The notes under the pieces are model-generated. The model was not told the origin of the DNA and searched no databases. It worked only from the letters and a program-made list of their open reading frames with translations. A stretch of 64,000 nt of DNA from Spirochaetia bacterium. GTDB taxonomy: Bacteria > Spirochaetota > Spirochaetia > SZUA-6 > Bin103. How positions within the stretch are numbered: the stretch's first letter is position 1; every line of letters starts with the position of its first letter. Of the stretch, positions 1 to 9,907 are shown piece by piece. Made by a program: the position numbers and the translations under genes. The DNA is taken from NCBI GenBank assembly GCA_965198005.1, contig CBDAOI010000004.1:1760001-1824000 (forward strand), written 5' to 3'.

Positions 1-2
1 CC

Positions 3-203
3 GGGATACTGGGACTGGTCCGAGATGTCGTTGCAGACCTGCAGGCCAATGGAGAAACCCCTCCCACGCCGCTTGCGGACCGAGCGTACAGCGGCCGGTT
101 CGTGGTGCGGGTGCCGCCCGAAACCCATCGGACGCTGGTGCTGCAGGCGGCGGAAGAGGGGGTGAGCTTGAATCGGCTGGCGAGCGCACGCCTGGCAAGA
201 TAG
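3..203 (+). CDS. hicB: HicB-family antitoxin, 3' part (runs off window start)
   Basis: Manual translation ...DLQANGETPPTPLADRAYSGRFVVRVPPETHRTLVLQAAEEGVSLNRLASARLAR*; YSG-F-VR-P--H--L---A---GVSLN is the HicB RHH signature. Confidence 0.8.
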   Translation, partial: GILGLVRDVVADLQANGETPPTPLADRAYSGRFVVRVPPETHRTLVLQAAEEGVSLNRLASARLAR

Positions 204-286
204 TCCGATGCGGCGACCGATCACACTTTTCGGGGCAGCGGACGCCAAGAGATTCCGATATGATGGGATAGCTGGTAGGGTTATCC

Positions 287-1471
287 ATGCGTCGATCGTG
301 TTGGCTGGTCAGCGCCCCATACGATCTGTGTTTCATCATCGGCTCGGCGGGCGTGCTGTTCGTGCCGCACGCCATTCACTTGGTGTGGCCAAGCGCCGTC
401 GTGGTCGATCTGGCCATCGCCGCGGCGATCGGCGGCCCCCACCTGTTCGCCACCTACACGCTGACCTTCATGGAGCCGAACTTCCGGCGCCGCTACCCGC
501 GCTACACCGCCGGCGCCCTGGTACTGCCGTTGCTGGTGCTGGCCACCGCCATCGTCCACCTCGACCTGCTGATCACCGCATTCTTCTTCCTGGCCGCACT
601 CCACATCGTCCATCAGGCCGGGTACGTGGCCGACAGCTACCGCGCCAAGCGCCCGGAACCGGCCCGGACCGAGGGGCTGTCCCGCTTGATCGACTACGGG
701 GTGCTGCTGTCGAGCCTGTTCGTGCTGGCCACCTTCAAGTTCACCGGCGCCAGCCTGCGGATCTTCGGCATGGACCTGAGCGAGCATCACTTCGCCACCG
801 GCGGCCGCCGCCTGCTGTTTCCCGGCGTGCTCCAGGCGGAGGTGCTGGCGTGGGCGGTGATGGTGCTGTTCGTCCTGTGCGCCGGCGCGTTCGCCGTCAA
901 GTCCGTGCACGAGGCTTGGCAGCGGCGGCTCAACCTGCCCAAGACCCTGCACATGGTGCTCGCCGCCGGCCTGTTCTTCGTCACCCCCGCCCTGCAGAAC
1001 CTCGACATCGCGTTCCAGGGCCTCAACACCTGGCACTCGTTCCAGTACCTCGCCCTCGTGATCTTCCTCAACCGCTGCCGCCAGGAGCGCGGCGCGATCG
1101 GCTCGCCCCTGGTGGCGCGGTTCGCGACGCGGGGAGCGCGCCTGTATGCCGTGTGTCTGGGGTTCACGGTGGCAACCGCCCTGGTCTACCTCGGGCTGCG
1201 CGGGCTCGTGGTGCTGGTAGACGCCTGGCCGGGCGACCTGATGCAGCACCACTACTTCGCCTTCTACGTTGCCGTGCTGTCCGCCCTGCTGATACACTAT
1301 TACTTTGACCACTTCCTGTTCCTCCGCATCGACAACGTGATCAACGTGCTGCCGGGGGCCCGCGGGGCTTCGGAGCGGGGCAGTCCGGGTAGCGGCGCCG
1401 GTTCTGGGTCCGCGAGACCATTGGGGACGGGGGAGGTAAAGGTGATCGAAGCGGCAGGGTCCACGGCATAG
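287..1471 (+). CDS. Multi-pass membrane protein with four His-containing motifs, function unknown
   Basis: 394 aa, many hydrophobic helices; motifs GGPHLFATY, LHIVHQ, WHSFQYL, IHYYFDH. Confidence 0.7.
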   Translation: MRRSCWLVSAPYDLCFIIGSAGVLFVPHAIHLVWPSAVVVDLAIAAAIGGPHLFATYTLTFMEPNFRRRYPRYTAGALVLPLLVLATAIVHLDLLITAFFFLAALHIVHQAGYVADSYRAKRPEPARTEGLSRLIDYGVLLSSLFVLATFKFTGASLRIFGMDLSEHHFATGGRRLLFPGVLQAEVLAWAVMVLFVLCAGAFAVKSVHEAWQRRLNLPKTLHMVLAAGLFFVTPALQNLDIAFQGLNTWHSFQYLALVIFLNRCRQERGAIGSPLVARFATRGARLYAVCLGFTVATALVYLGLRGLVVLVDAWPGDLMQHHYFAFYVAVLSALLIHYYFDHFLFLRIDNVINVLPGARGASERGSPGSGAGSGSARPLGTGEVKVIEAAGSTA

Positions 1472-1606
1472 TTGGAAACAGGTTCTCGGCTGATCCACCG
1501 ACTCGCTGGAATCGCGTCGTGGCCGCTACCGCCGCTATGATCGAGTTGCCGCTGACGGAAAACAGTGGTAGCGTCTGGTATACACTAATGCCTGCACCGT
1601 TCGTCC

Positions 1607-2914
1607 ATGTCCGAAACTGAGACCCTGCGAGAGCCCGCGGAGCACGACGACTCCCTCTCGCTGCTCGACTTGGTAGTCGTGCTGGTAACCCACTGGCGGC
1701 TGATCGTCGGCACCACGGTCGTGGGTGGACTGTTGATAATCGCTTACACGATGCTGACCATGTATCTGCCGAGTTCAAGCCGGTTCAATCTGCTCCCCAC
1801 GATATACCGTCCAGAGGCTAAGGTCTTGCTCCGGGATCGCGACTCTACGGCGCTGTCGCGGTTGAACCTCTCACTGGCGGATGCGCAGGACTCGATTCGT
1901 CAGATGGTCATAAGAAACACCGTTGTTGGCCAATTGGGGAGTGGTGCTACATTAGCTCAAGAGCTGCTGGCCGGGCGTACGATCCACGACCAGATCATTG
2001 ACGAATTCAAGTTCATTGAACGGTATGGGTTTACTGACGCCGCGCGCACCCGCGCGCGCAAACTGATTGCGAATTCGTTGCAGTACGAGTACGATGTCGC
2101 ATCGTCCGTGCTGTCCATCGCCTATGAAGACACGGACGCAGATTTCGCATCCGCCGTGCTGGCGCGTACAGTTGAACTGTTAGAGCAGCGGTTTCACACA
2201 CTCTCTATGGAAACCGTGCTACTCAAGAAGCAGCACCTTGAGGAGCGTTTGGCCGTGGCGCTTGCTGATCGTGAGGCTGCGCAGGAGCACTTGGTATCGT
2301 TCCAGCGGGCGTATGGTGAAGGTGTCTTGCAGGTTGGCGCGCACTCCGCCGGGTCGGTCCGGCTACCTACACTGCAGTTACTTACAGATTACAGGCAGCA
2401 ACTGCTGTCGAGGGAGGTAGAGATGGAGTCCCGGCGGGAGTATCTCCCCACGAACGATCCTGGCCTCGTGCAACTACAGGGTGAGATACGGATCTTGCGG
2501 CAGGTGCTCGCCGAGTTGCAGGGTGGATTCCGCTACTTTTCCGCGCAAACCATCCCTCAGGATGAACTGCCGCGTGTAGTGGCCGATTACTTCAACCTGC
2601 GTCGTGACTTGCAGATGCAGGAGGATCACTACCTGCGGCTGCGCGGCGAATACGAGCTGACACGTATCGAGGAAACCGATCCTTCGCGTACGTTCCAGAT
2701 CATTGAGGCGGTCGAAGTACCTGAGGGAAAATACCAGCCGAACCGCGGTCAGACGAGCCTCATCGGAACCTTGATCGTATTGCTAGTGTCGCTCGTTATC
2801 GCTTCCTTTCTTCAGTACCTTTCCCGTGTGCAAACCAACCCTACGGAGGCGGGCAAGTTGCTATCGATCCGAGAGGAAGTCGGCTGGCGCTCTCGGGATC
2901 GTATTCGTAAATAA
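1607..2914 (+). CDS. Wzz/GumC-type polysaccharide chain-length determinant
   Basis: N-terminal SLLDLVVVL...WRLI TM segment, coiled-coil middle, C-terminal IIEAVEVPE.KYQPNR + TM. Confidence 0.8.
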   Translation: MSETETLREPAEHDDSLSLLDLVVVLVTHWRLIVGTTVVGGLLIIAYTMLTMYLPSSSRFNLLPTIYRPEAKVLLRDRDSTALSRLNLSLADAQDSIRQMVIRNTVVGQLGSGATLAQELLAGRTIHDQIIDEFKFIERYGFTDAARTRARKLIANSLQYEYDVASSVLSIAYEDTDADFASAVLARTVELLEQRFHTLSMETVLLKKQHLEERLAVALADREAAQEHLVSFQRAYGEGVLQVGAHSAGSVRLPTLQLLTDYRQQLLSREVEMESRREYLPTNDPGLVQLQGEIRILRQVLAELQGGFRYFSAQTIPQDELPRVVADYFNLRRDLQMQEDHYLRLRGEYELTRIEETDPSRTFQIIEAVEVPEGKYQPNRGQTSLIGTLIVLLVSLVIASFLQYLSRVQTNPTEAGKLLSIREEVGWRSRDRIRK

Positions 2915-3113
2915 CATGAGATGCCATCCAGCTTCACCAGCAGTCCGTATCGTACACGGTCACTGTGGGTGGCACGGAGCTATCCGTGGTCGTACCTTGT
3001 GATGGAGAGCGTCGAGCCACCGCGTGGGTTTGGGCGCGACCGAGGGCCCCGCCCCCGCCTTAGGTCGTTCCTGATCTGCAATCCCTTTCCTGTTTGGCAT
3101 ACCCACCGGCAAC

Positions 3114-4241
3114 GTGGTGAGCACACGGGTGCAGGCCACTCCCGGCGCTCTGCACGCGTTGCGTTACCTCTACGAGGATCGCCCCGACCTGCCCGTCCTC
3201 GCGGCCGGCTCATTACTGGAATTCACGCTCGCCGACCACTCGTTCTCGATGCCGGTAGGCCGTATCGAGTATCTCCACGTTGGACCGATGTCGTTCGCGG
3301 AGTTCCTCACTGCCGTCGACCCGCCACTTGCAGAGCACCTCAACACATTCCAACTTGGCGCTCCCACTGTCGAGGCCACGCATCGTGCTCTCCTGCGTCG
3401 GTTCCGGGTATACCTGCTGATTGGAGGGCTACCCGAGGCGGTATTCGCCTACTTGGAGTCAAGCTCACCACTCGAAGCAACAGCGGTACACCGATCCATC
3501 GCTGCCACCTACGAGGACGACTTCGCCAAGTACGCGAAGGGTCCTCAGCTTGACCGGCTGCAGCGGCTGTTCCGTAGCATACCCCGATCGGTTGGACATA
3601 AGTTTACCTGCCGCACTATTGATCCCGATTCCCGTGCGGAACAGGTGCGCTACGCCGCAGAACTGCTCGTAAAGTGTGTCTGCCACCGCGTCACGCACAG
3701 CCACTGCTCCGGCCTAGCCCTCGGCGCCGACGTCGCCCCCCGTACCTACAAGCTCGTGTTCACGGACGTCGGCCTGATGAATCATGTGTGCGGCATCGAC
3801 ACGCTCACCATCGAGACCATGGACGCCATCCGCCTGGTGAACGAGGGCGGGATCGCCGAACAGTACGTCGGCCAACAACTTGCAGCCTTCGGCGCCGGCG
3901 GTCAGCCCCCCGACCTCCACTACTGGCTACGCCAGGCCAGAACCGGAAACGCCGAGGTCGACTACGTCATCTCCCGCGGCCACTGGATTATCCCGATCGA
4001 CGTAAAGGCGGGCCGCAGCGGCTCCCTCAAGTCGTTGCTTCAGTTCGCCCACGAAAAACGACCGCCCCTGGCCGTGCGCTTCGACACCAACCCGGCGACC
4101 CACCAAACCGTCCTCCACACCATCCGCACCGCCGCCGGCTTGGCCCCCGTCACGCTCCCGCTCGTTTCCCTCCCCCTATACGCCGTCGAAGCACTCCCCC
4201 GGATCCTCGATCACCTCCGCACCGCCGAACCCGCCGTGTAA
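3114..4241 (+). pseudogene. AAA+ ATPase / DUF4143 protein, N-terminally truncated
   Basis: AAGSLL, MPVGRI, GGLPE, D.GL, E.YV.QQL, EVDYV, IPIDVKAG motifs present; Walker A and Walker B missing. Confidence 0.75.
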
Positions 4242-4428
4242 GCCGCCAGCGGACAGGTCGGCGGAGCGCAGCTCCATCACCGCCGCGCTGCCGTCGGCCA
4301 TCCTTCTGGCCAGGTAGGTGGGTGACCGTTACCGGCGCGCGCGGGTCACTGCGCCGCTCCCGCGCGTGGCGTCAGTTCGCCTTCTGCCAGAACCGGAACT
4401 TCTGCACGTAGCCGCAGTCGTCCGGCAG
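4242..4428 (-). pseudogene. Remnant: 3' end of ykgJ-like gene plus 5' end of PilZ gene (diverged inverted copy of ~43900-44075)
   Basis: Minus strand reads LPDDCGYVQKFRFWQKAN*, then RERRSDPRAPVTVT / TYLARRMADGSAAVMELRSADLSAGG (RxxxR and DxSxGG PilZ motifs, frameshifted). Confidence 0.75.
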
Positions 4429-4524
4429 AGGACCGTCGCCACGGCGTTGCACGCTTGACTGGCGCCGCCCGTACCGACGCCGTTGCGCGTCCCGTTGCCC
4501 GTGTCCGTGCCGCGCTCCAGCACC

Positions 4525-5454
4525 CTACTCCACCGGCGTCCCTTCGAGCATCCCGACCTGCTCGCCGCGCTCGATCAACGACCCGTTGGGCCGGATCACC
4601 CCGTTCACGTTGCCCAGCGTGCCGTAGGTCTTGAACCCGAGCAGCGCCAGCAACTCCGGCGACGCGGTCTCGTACACCTCGTCGAGCAGTGACAGCGTAA
4701 AGTTCTCCTGCGTCCGGATCCACGGCCGGCAGAAATAGCCGAGCAGCAGGTGCCGCTTGCGCTTGGTCCGGTTCATGCCGGTGCCGTGCCAGATGCGGCC
4801 GTCGAACATCAACATCGTGCCCGTCGGCCCGGCGGCGGCGATGCTCTCCACGTCCGGCTTGTCCTGCGGCAGCTCCGGCCACAGGTGACTCCCCGGCACC
4901 AGCCGCGTGCCGCCGTTCTCGTCCGAATGATCCTCCAGCATCCAGGCGGTGTTGACCACCACCCGAAACGGCGTCGAGCGCGGCGCATACCCCTGATCCG
5001 AGTGCAACGGTTGCGGCTCCCCGCCGGGCGCCGCGATGTTCGCGGTAAAGCTGGACAGCATGTAGTCCTCGCCCAACAGCTCCGGCAGCAGCTCGCGCAG
5101 CACCGGATGAAACAGCAGGTCGCGGAAGATCTGCCCCTTGTTCACCAGGTTCCACACCCGCTGATTGAGCTTCAGCTCGCCGTTGTCGAAGTGCCCGATC
5201 CCGGCCGCCGCCTCCCCCGCCCCCTGTGACAGCAACCGCTCCCGGTACGCCCGCACCTGCTCCGGCGTCAGCGCATCCTTGATCAGCGCATACCCCCACC
5301 GCGCAATGTTCTCCCGCGCCACATCCAGATCCGCCGACAGCGCCGGCAGCTCCGGCCGCTCCGCCGGACCTGGCCGCTCCGCGACCTGCACCTTCCCACT
5401 CACCTGCTCATCTCCCGTACGTCCTCCGCCATCATATCCTCTCCCCCCCTCCAC
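4525..5454 (-). CDS. Phytanoyl-CoA dioxygenase (PhyH) family Fe/2OG dioxygenase
   Basis: WGYALIKDAL, Q.LHSD, ENGGTRLVPGSH, WHG...N.T...R motifs. Confidence 0.9.
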   Translation of the reverse strand: MEGGRGYDGGGRTGDEQVSGKVQVAERPGPAERPELPALSADLDVARENIARWGYALIKDALTPEQVRAYRERLLSQGAGEAAAGIGHFDNGELKLNQRVWNLVNKGQIFRDLLFHPVLRELLPELLGEDYMLSSFTANIAAPGGEPQPLHSDQGYAPRSTPFRVVVNTAWMLEDHSDENGGTRLVPGSHLWPELPQDKPDVESIAAAGPTGTMLMFDGRIWHGTGMNRTKRKRHLLLGYFCRPWIRTQENFTLSLLDEVYETASPELLALLGFKTYGTLGNVNGVIRPNGSLIERGEQVGMLEGTPVE

Positions 5455-5560
5455 GGACCAGCCACGGACAGCAAAACCAGCACGACAGCCAACCCCACAG
5501 CCAAACCCGACAGAGTAGACGTCTGCCTAGTCACCTGATGAGAGATTTCAGACCTGTCCC

Positions 5561-5598
5561 TTGACAATAGCTATTTATATACATATATCGATAGCTAT
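5561..5598 (+). promoter_or_regulatory. sigma70-like promoter with palindromic operator repeats for the TA operon
   Basis: TTGACA at 5561, AT-rich -10 region ~17 nt later, palindrome ATAGCTAT at 5567 and 5591. Confidence 0.55.
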
Positions 5599-5848
5599 GA
5601 AAGTCGTACAGTTGACGATGGATCCGGAACTCATATCGCGTGTGGACGACGTAGCCAAGAGACTCAGCACGACCCGCTCGGCTTTTGCCCGCGCAGCGTT
5701 GCGAGCCGCCCTGGAACGCTACGAGGAGGCCGAACTGGAGGCACGTCATAGAGCGGGCTATCAGAGACTCCCGCCGGAGCCTGATGAGTTCGCGATCCCC
5801 GAACAGGATCGCGCGTGGGGTGATGACCGCGGAATCGACACGTGGTGA
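5597..5848 (+). CDS. Ribbon-helix-helix (CopG-like) antitoxin
   Basis: MKVVQLTMDPELISRVDDVAKRLSTTRSAFARAAL RHH pattern; overlaps downstream toxin. Confidence 0.8.
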   Translation: MKVVQLTMDPELISRVDDVAKRLSTTRSAFARAALRAALERYEEAELEARHRAGYQRLPPEPDEFAIPEQDRAWGDDRGIDTW

Positions 5849-6162
5849 GGCGCAGCGAGGTACGCTGGTACCGTTTCGCCCGCCCGGACAAGCGCAGACC
5901 GGTTCTCGTCCTGACGCCCGACTCCATCATCCCCTATCTCGGGGAGGTGACCGTTGCGCCAATAACCACCACCATCCGCGGCACCCCGAGCGAAGTCCCC
6001 CTCTCTGCCGACGACGGGATGCCGCGCGCCTGTGCCGTGAACTGCGACCACCTGCAAACCGTGCAGCGCGGCAAACTCGGCGCGATCGTTACGACCTTGC
6101 CGGCCTCCGCCATGGTTCGGGTGGCGCAGGCGATTCGATTCGCCCTCGCCCTCCGGTTTTAG
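5842..6162 (+). CDS. mazF: PemK/MazF-family toxin
   Basis: DKRRPVLVLT, VTVAPITTT, CAVNCDHLQTV motifs. Confidence 0.85.
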   Translation: MVRRSEVRWYRFARPDKRRPVLVLTPDSIIPYLGEVTVAPITTTIRGTPSEVPLSADDGMPRACAVNCDHLQTVQRGKLGAIVTTLPASAMVRVAQAIRFALALRF

Positions 6163-6200
6163 TCGACAAGCCGACCTACTCCACATATATTGATGCTGCT

Positions 6201-6443
6201 ATGCCAACGCCCGCCTCAGGCCGTGTTCAGCAAGAACCTGCAGCTCTACGTGCTGCGGCACTACGCCCTATCCAAATCTGGGTTCCAGATACCAGACGAT
6301 CAGGATTTGCCGAGGAATGCCGCCGCCAGGCGGCGGTGGTCGCCCAGGCCGACGCTGCAGACCACAGTCTCAATGCTCTACTTGACGCGGCACTTCAACA
6401 TGTGCCGGCCTCGTTTCACCCTCGGACGCTGCACCGCTCCTGA
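6201..6443 (+). CDS. DUF3018 (MazE-like) antitoxin, no cognate toxin downstream
   Basis: LRPIQIWVPDTR..GFAEECRRQ signature. Confidence 0.7.
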   Translation: MPTPASGRVQQEPAALRAAALRPIQIWVPDTRRSGFAEECRRQAAVVAQADAADHSLNALLDAALQHVPASFHPRTLHRS

Positions 6444-6463
6444 GCCTCGCTCGTTCGAACGGT

Positions 6464-7135
6464 ATGATCAAGGTTGTGATATTCGACCTAGACGATACGC
6501 TTTTCTTAGAGCGAGACTACGTGATGAGCGGCTACCGTGCTGTAGCCTCCCACGTGACGCACACCACCGGTATCGCCACTGACGTCCTTTTCAGGTTCCT
6601 TGAAACTGGATTCGATGAGAATCGACGTACCGACAACTTTCAACGATTGATAGACCACTTCAATATTCCTGCCGACGTGGACGATCTTATTGCTGTCTAC
6701 CGAAATCATACTCCAGATATCACATTGCCCATCGATTCATCAAATGCACTGACTGAGCTTCGTCCCAGATTCCGATTAGGAATGATCACCGATGGTCGTC
6801 CGAACACTCAGGCTACGAAGCTGGATGTACTAGGCATTACCCATTACTTTGAAAGGATCATCATTAACGATCTCGATCTCGGACAATCGAAGCTCGACCC
6901 CTATTCGTTCTGCGATATGATAGCATACTTTGCGGTACATCCTTGCGAAGCCGTGTACGTTGGAGATAACGCAACGAAGGATTTTGTCTGGCCACTCAGA
7001 CTCGGAATGAAATGTGTCTGGATTTGCCGGGCACAAAGTCTCTACGGAACCACTGGTCCCGCAAGTCACTCTGAAGATGTCAAGAGGATTGTCTCACTCG
7101 ATGAACTGTTGTCGTACGTGGACGCACTAGGATGA
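6464..7135 (+). CDS. HAD-family hydrolase
   Basis: FDLDDTL, ITDG, K, YVGDN..KD motifs. Confidence 0.9.
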   Translation: MIKVVIFDLDDTLFLERDYVMSGYRAVASHVTHTTGIATDVLFRFLETGFDENRRTDNFQRLIDHFNIPADVDDLIAVYRNHTPDITLPIDSSNALTELRPRFRLGMITDGRPNTQATKLDVLGITHYFERIIINDLDLGQSKLDPYSFCDMIAYFAVHPCEAVYVGDNATKDFVWPLRLGMKCVWICRAQSLYGTTGPASHSEDVKRIVSLDELLSYVDALG

Positions 7136-8094
7136 CCTTCCAACGAACTAATGTGCTCATTCTTCCGGTTGGGTCCGGGATGGCAGTCGCCGCTATCCAG
7201 GCGATACGACATGACAAATCTATTCGCCTGGTGGGCGCTGATTTGAACCCGTTGGCCGCCGGGATGTACCTGGTTGACAAAGCATACGTCGTTCCCCTTC
7301 TCCGTGCCGGGAATTTCTTCCAATCACTGTACGATATCATAGCGAGCGAAGGCATCGCGGTAGTGATACCGGCACTCGATCAGTTTCTTTTGCCCTTCTC
7401 TCGTAGACGACTAGAAATCGAACAATTGGGGGCCCAGTTGGTCGTATCACCTAGTGAAAGTATCATGATTACCCGTGACAAATGGAAGACCTATTGTCTC
7501 TTAAAAGAACGTGTGCCAGTGCCGAGATCTTGGATAGACCCAAAGGAGATAGATTCCGCGTTTCCGCTGTTTCTTAAACCTCGGTATGGCTCGGGGTCCG
7601 TGGACACCTTTCGAGTGAATAGTATAGAGGAACTCAACTACCAAATCGCTCATGTCGAACGTCCCATAATCCAAGAGTTCTTACCCGGTGATGAATACAC
7701 GGTAGATTGTCTTGCAGACGAAGACGGACGGCTGCTGGTTTCTATTCCAAGGAAGCGAATAGAAACAAAGGCGGGCGTGTGCACCAAAAGTCAGACCGTA
7801 GCGGACGACGGTCTCAACAATATGGCTACAATCATTAGTTCAGTCGTCCGATTTAGTGGTCCGTTTTTTTTTCAGGCGAAGGAGGACGTTAGAGGCGTCC
7901 CGCGTCTAACCGAAATCAACGCAAGAATGTCGGGCACCATGTCACTGTCTAGCGCAGCCGGGTGGAACATCCATCTCAACGCTATCCGTCTTGCTCTAGG
8001 GAAGTCGACTACGGGTGGTCCTATCGTGTATGGAAGGTACGTTTCACGATACTGGAAAGACGTGTATATCGACGAGCGGGACATGATGACATAA
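7132..8094 (+). CDS. ATP-grasp protein (carbamoyl-phosphate synthase-like amide ligase)
   Basis: DKWKTY, PLFLKPR.GSGS, IIQEFL.G.EYTVD, EINAR; ATGA overlap with HAD gene. Confidence 0.85.
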   Translation: MTFQRTNVLILPVGSGMAVAAIQAIRHDKSIRLVGADLNPLAAGMYLVDKAYVVPLLRAGNFFQSLYDIIASEGIAVVIPALDQFLLPFSRRRLEIEQLGAQLVVSPSESIMITRDKWKTYCLLKERVPVPRSWIDPKEIDSAFPLFLKPRYGSGSVDTFRVNSIEELNYQIAHVERPIIQEFLPGDEYTVDCLADEDGRLLVSIPRKRIETKAGVCTKSQTVADDGLNNMATIISSVVRFSGPFFFQAKEDVRGVPRLTEINARMSGTMSLSSAAGWNIHLNAIRLALGKSTTGGPIVYGRYVSRYWKDVYIDERDMMT

Positions 8095-8097
8095 CGA

Positions 8098-8775
8098 CTA
8101 ATCTAACTCGCGCCATCCCGGAGGTAGTTCCGGCAATAGAGTTCGATGTAATCTACTCTGAGGAAAGATCACACGAGCAGCAGTAATCAGAATGATTCTC
8201 AAGTCAAGTCCGATATTCTTTCGTTCTCCGTACCACAGCTCCAGAGATCCCTTCAAAGGCATGATGTCTTCGCGATATGTCCGATATACGTCGTTCTGTG
8301 AGTCGGAGAGAAGCGCCTCCTCATTCCGAAATATTACGGACGCTAGTCCTGTGATTCCAGGCTTAGTATGGGCATAGATTTGCTCTTGAACGTCCTCCGG
8401 ATACATACGGAACCCCTCATCAACAAGCGGACGCGGGCCAACGATGGACATGTCTCCGAGAAGGACGTTGATCAACTGTGGCAACTCGTTGATCTTTGTA
8501 GCTCGAAGAACGCGTCCGATCGGCAGGACCCTTGGATCACCCTGGAAGGTCACACTTCCGAGCTCGTCAGATCCTTTGCGCATGCTTGTGAACTTGAAGA
8601 TTCGAAACGGCCGATTACGATACCCGATACGGTATTGCGTATAGATCACCTCATGGTCCCCAGTCATCTTCAGCATGATTGCGACTATCAAGAACAGCGG
8701 TAGCAACAGTATCAATGCGGAAACTGCGACCGCAATGTCAATTACACGCTTGATTAGATCGTATCGGCTATTCAT
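8098..8775 (-). CDS. Bacterial sugar transferase (initiating phosphoglycosyltransferase)
   Basis: KRVIDI, F.IFKF.SM, DPRV..IG..LR.TKINELPQLINVL.GDMSIVGPRP, KPGITG. Confidence 0.92.
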   Translation of the reverse strand: MNSRYDLIKRVIDIAVAVSALILLLPLFLIVAIMLKMTGDHEVIYTQYRIGYRNRPFRIFKFTSMRKGSDELGSVTFQGDPRVLPIGRVLRATKINELPQLINVLLGDMSIVGPRPLVDEGFRMYPEDVQEQIYAHTKPGITGLASVIFRNEEALLSDSQNDVYRTYREDIMPLKGSLELWYGERKNIGLDLRIILITAARVIFPQSRLHRTLLPELPPGWRELD

Positions 8776-8805
8776 CGTATGGGTATGGAAGCATGTGCTG
8801 TCGTT

Positions 8806-9903
8806 CTAACGCTCACTTACGTCGACAAGAGCCGCTATAGTGGCTTCGATTTCTGCCGGTCCATTAACCGTAGAGCTTGGCAAGTTCAGACCGTGGCTGA
8901 ATAGTCGTCTTGCGTGGGGATAATCGCCGGTTGCATATTGGCGATAGGGAGGGAACTCAACGATCGGCGGGAACAACCGTCTCGTCGGTACGTCCCTCGC
9001 CCGAAGGTCAGCCTGAATTTCGGAGATATCGTGCCGGGAATCCACGGTGACCGAGGTAAGCCACCAGGAACTGCATCCCAGGCGAGGCTCCTGCTGCAGC
9101 GTGATACCGTCCACCCCTGAAAAACCCTCGCGATACAGTCGTGCATACTCTCGTTTCTTATCAAGAAAATCCGGAAGCCGCGAGAGTTGTGCCAAACCGA
9201 GAGATGCTTCCAGATTCGTCATCGATAGATTGTAGCCGATCTCAGTGTGATAATAGCCCCTGCTTACATCTCTCGCTTGATTGATGATGTGCCGAATATG
9301 GGATTCATCGCTCGTATCGGAAGCGACGATCATGCCCCCCCCACCGGTTGTGATGACCTTGTTACCGTTAAAGCTGAATACACCAAACCGTCCAAAAGCG
9401 CCGGTCATCCTGTCGTCCAGACTTGCCCCCAGACTCTCCGCCGCATCTTCTACCACCACACAGTCGTGACGGGCCGCAAGGGTCATGATCTCTCTCATGC
9501 AGCATGGGTTGCCGTACAAATGCACAGGAAGGATCGCCTTTGTCCGATCAGTAATCGCGGCCGCGACCGCGCTCGGATCGATGTTCCACGTCTCTGGATG
9601 AACATCGACAAACACCGGGCGTGCACCCACACGCACTACCGGGTTTGCAGAGGCAACAAACGTCATTATCGGCAAGATCACCTCGTCTCCGGGACCCACA
9701 TCCGCTTGGAGCAACGCCAGGTACAGCCCCTCCGTGCCGCTCTGCACTGCGATCGCGGAGCGTACTCCAAGGTAATCGGCAAACCTGCTCTCGAAGTCAG
9801 ACACAAACGGCCCGAACGTCGAGACGTAGCCCGAGTCGATACAGCGAACGAGCGCTTCTTTTTCTATCTCACCTAGGTTGGGGGAGTCGAGAACTATATC
9901 CAT
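8806..9903 (-). CDS. DegT/DnrJ/EryC1/StrS sugar aminotransferase
   Basis: VHLYG, EDAAESLG, FSFNGNKVITTGGGG, LNLPSS. Confidence 0.92.
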   Translation of the reverse strand: MDIVLDSPNLGEIEKEALVRCIDSGYVSTFGPFVSDFESRFADYLGVRSAIAVQSGTEGLYLALLQADVGPGDEVILPIMTFVASANPVVRVGARPVFVDVHPETWNIDPSAVAAAITDRTKAILPVHLYGNPCCMREIMTLAARHDCVVVEDAAESLGASLDDRMTGAFGRFGVFSFNGNKVITTGGGGMIVASDTSDESHIRHIINQARDVSRGYYHTEIGYNLSMTNLEASLGLAQLSRLPDFLDKKREYARLYREGFSGVDGITLQQEPRLGCSSWWLTSVTVDSRHDISEIQADLRARDVPTRRLFPPIVEFPPYRQYATGDYPHARRLFSHGLNLPSSTVNGPAEIEATIAALVDVSER

Positions 9904-9907
9904 AACG

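Noticed and set aside
208-1498. Long Arg/Pro-rich alternative ORFs here and throughout GC-rich regions
   Set aside because: Shadow frames of real genes caused by high GC
5561-6443. Integron cassettes for the TA modules
   Set aside because: No intI and no attC-like structure recognised
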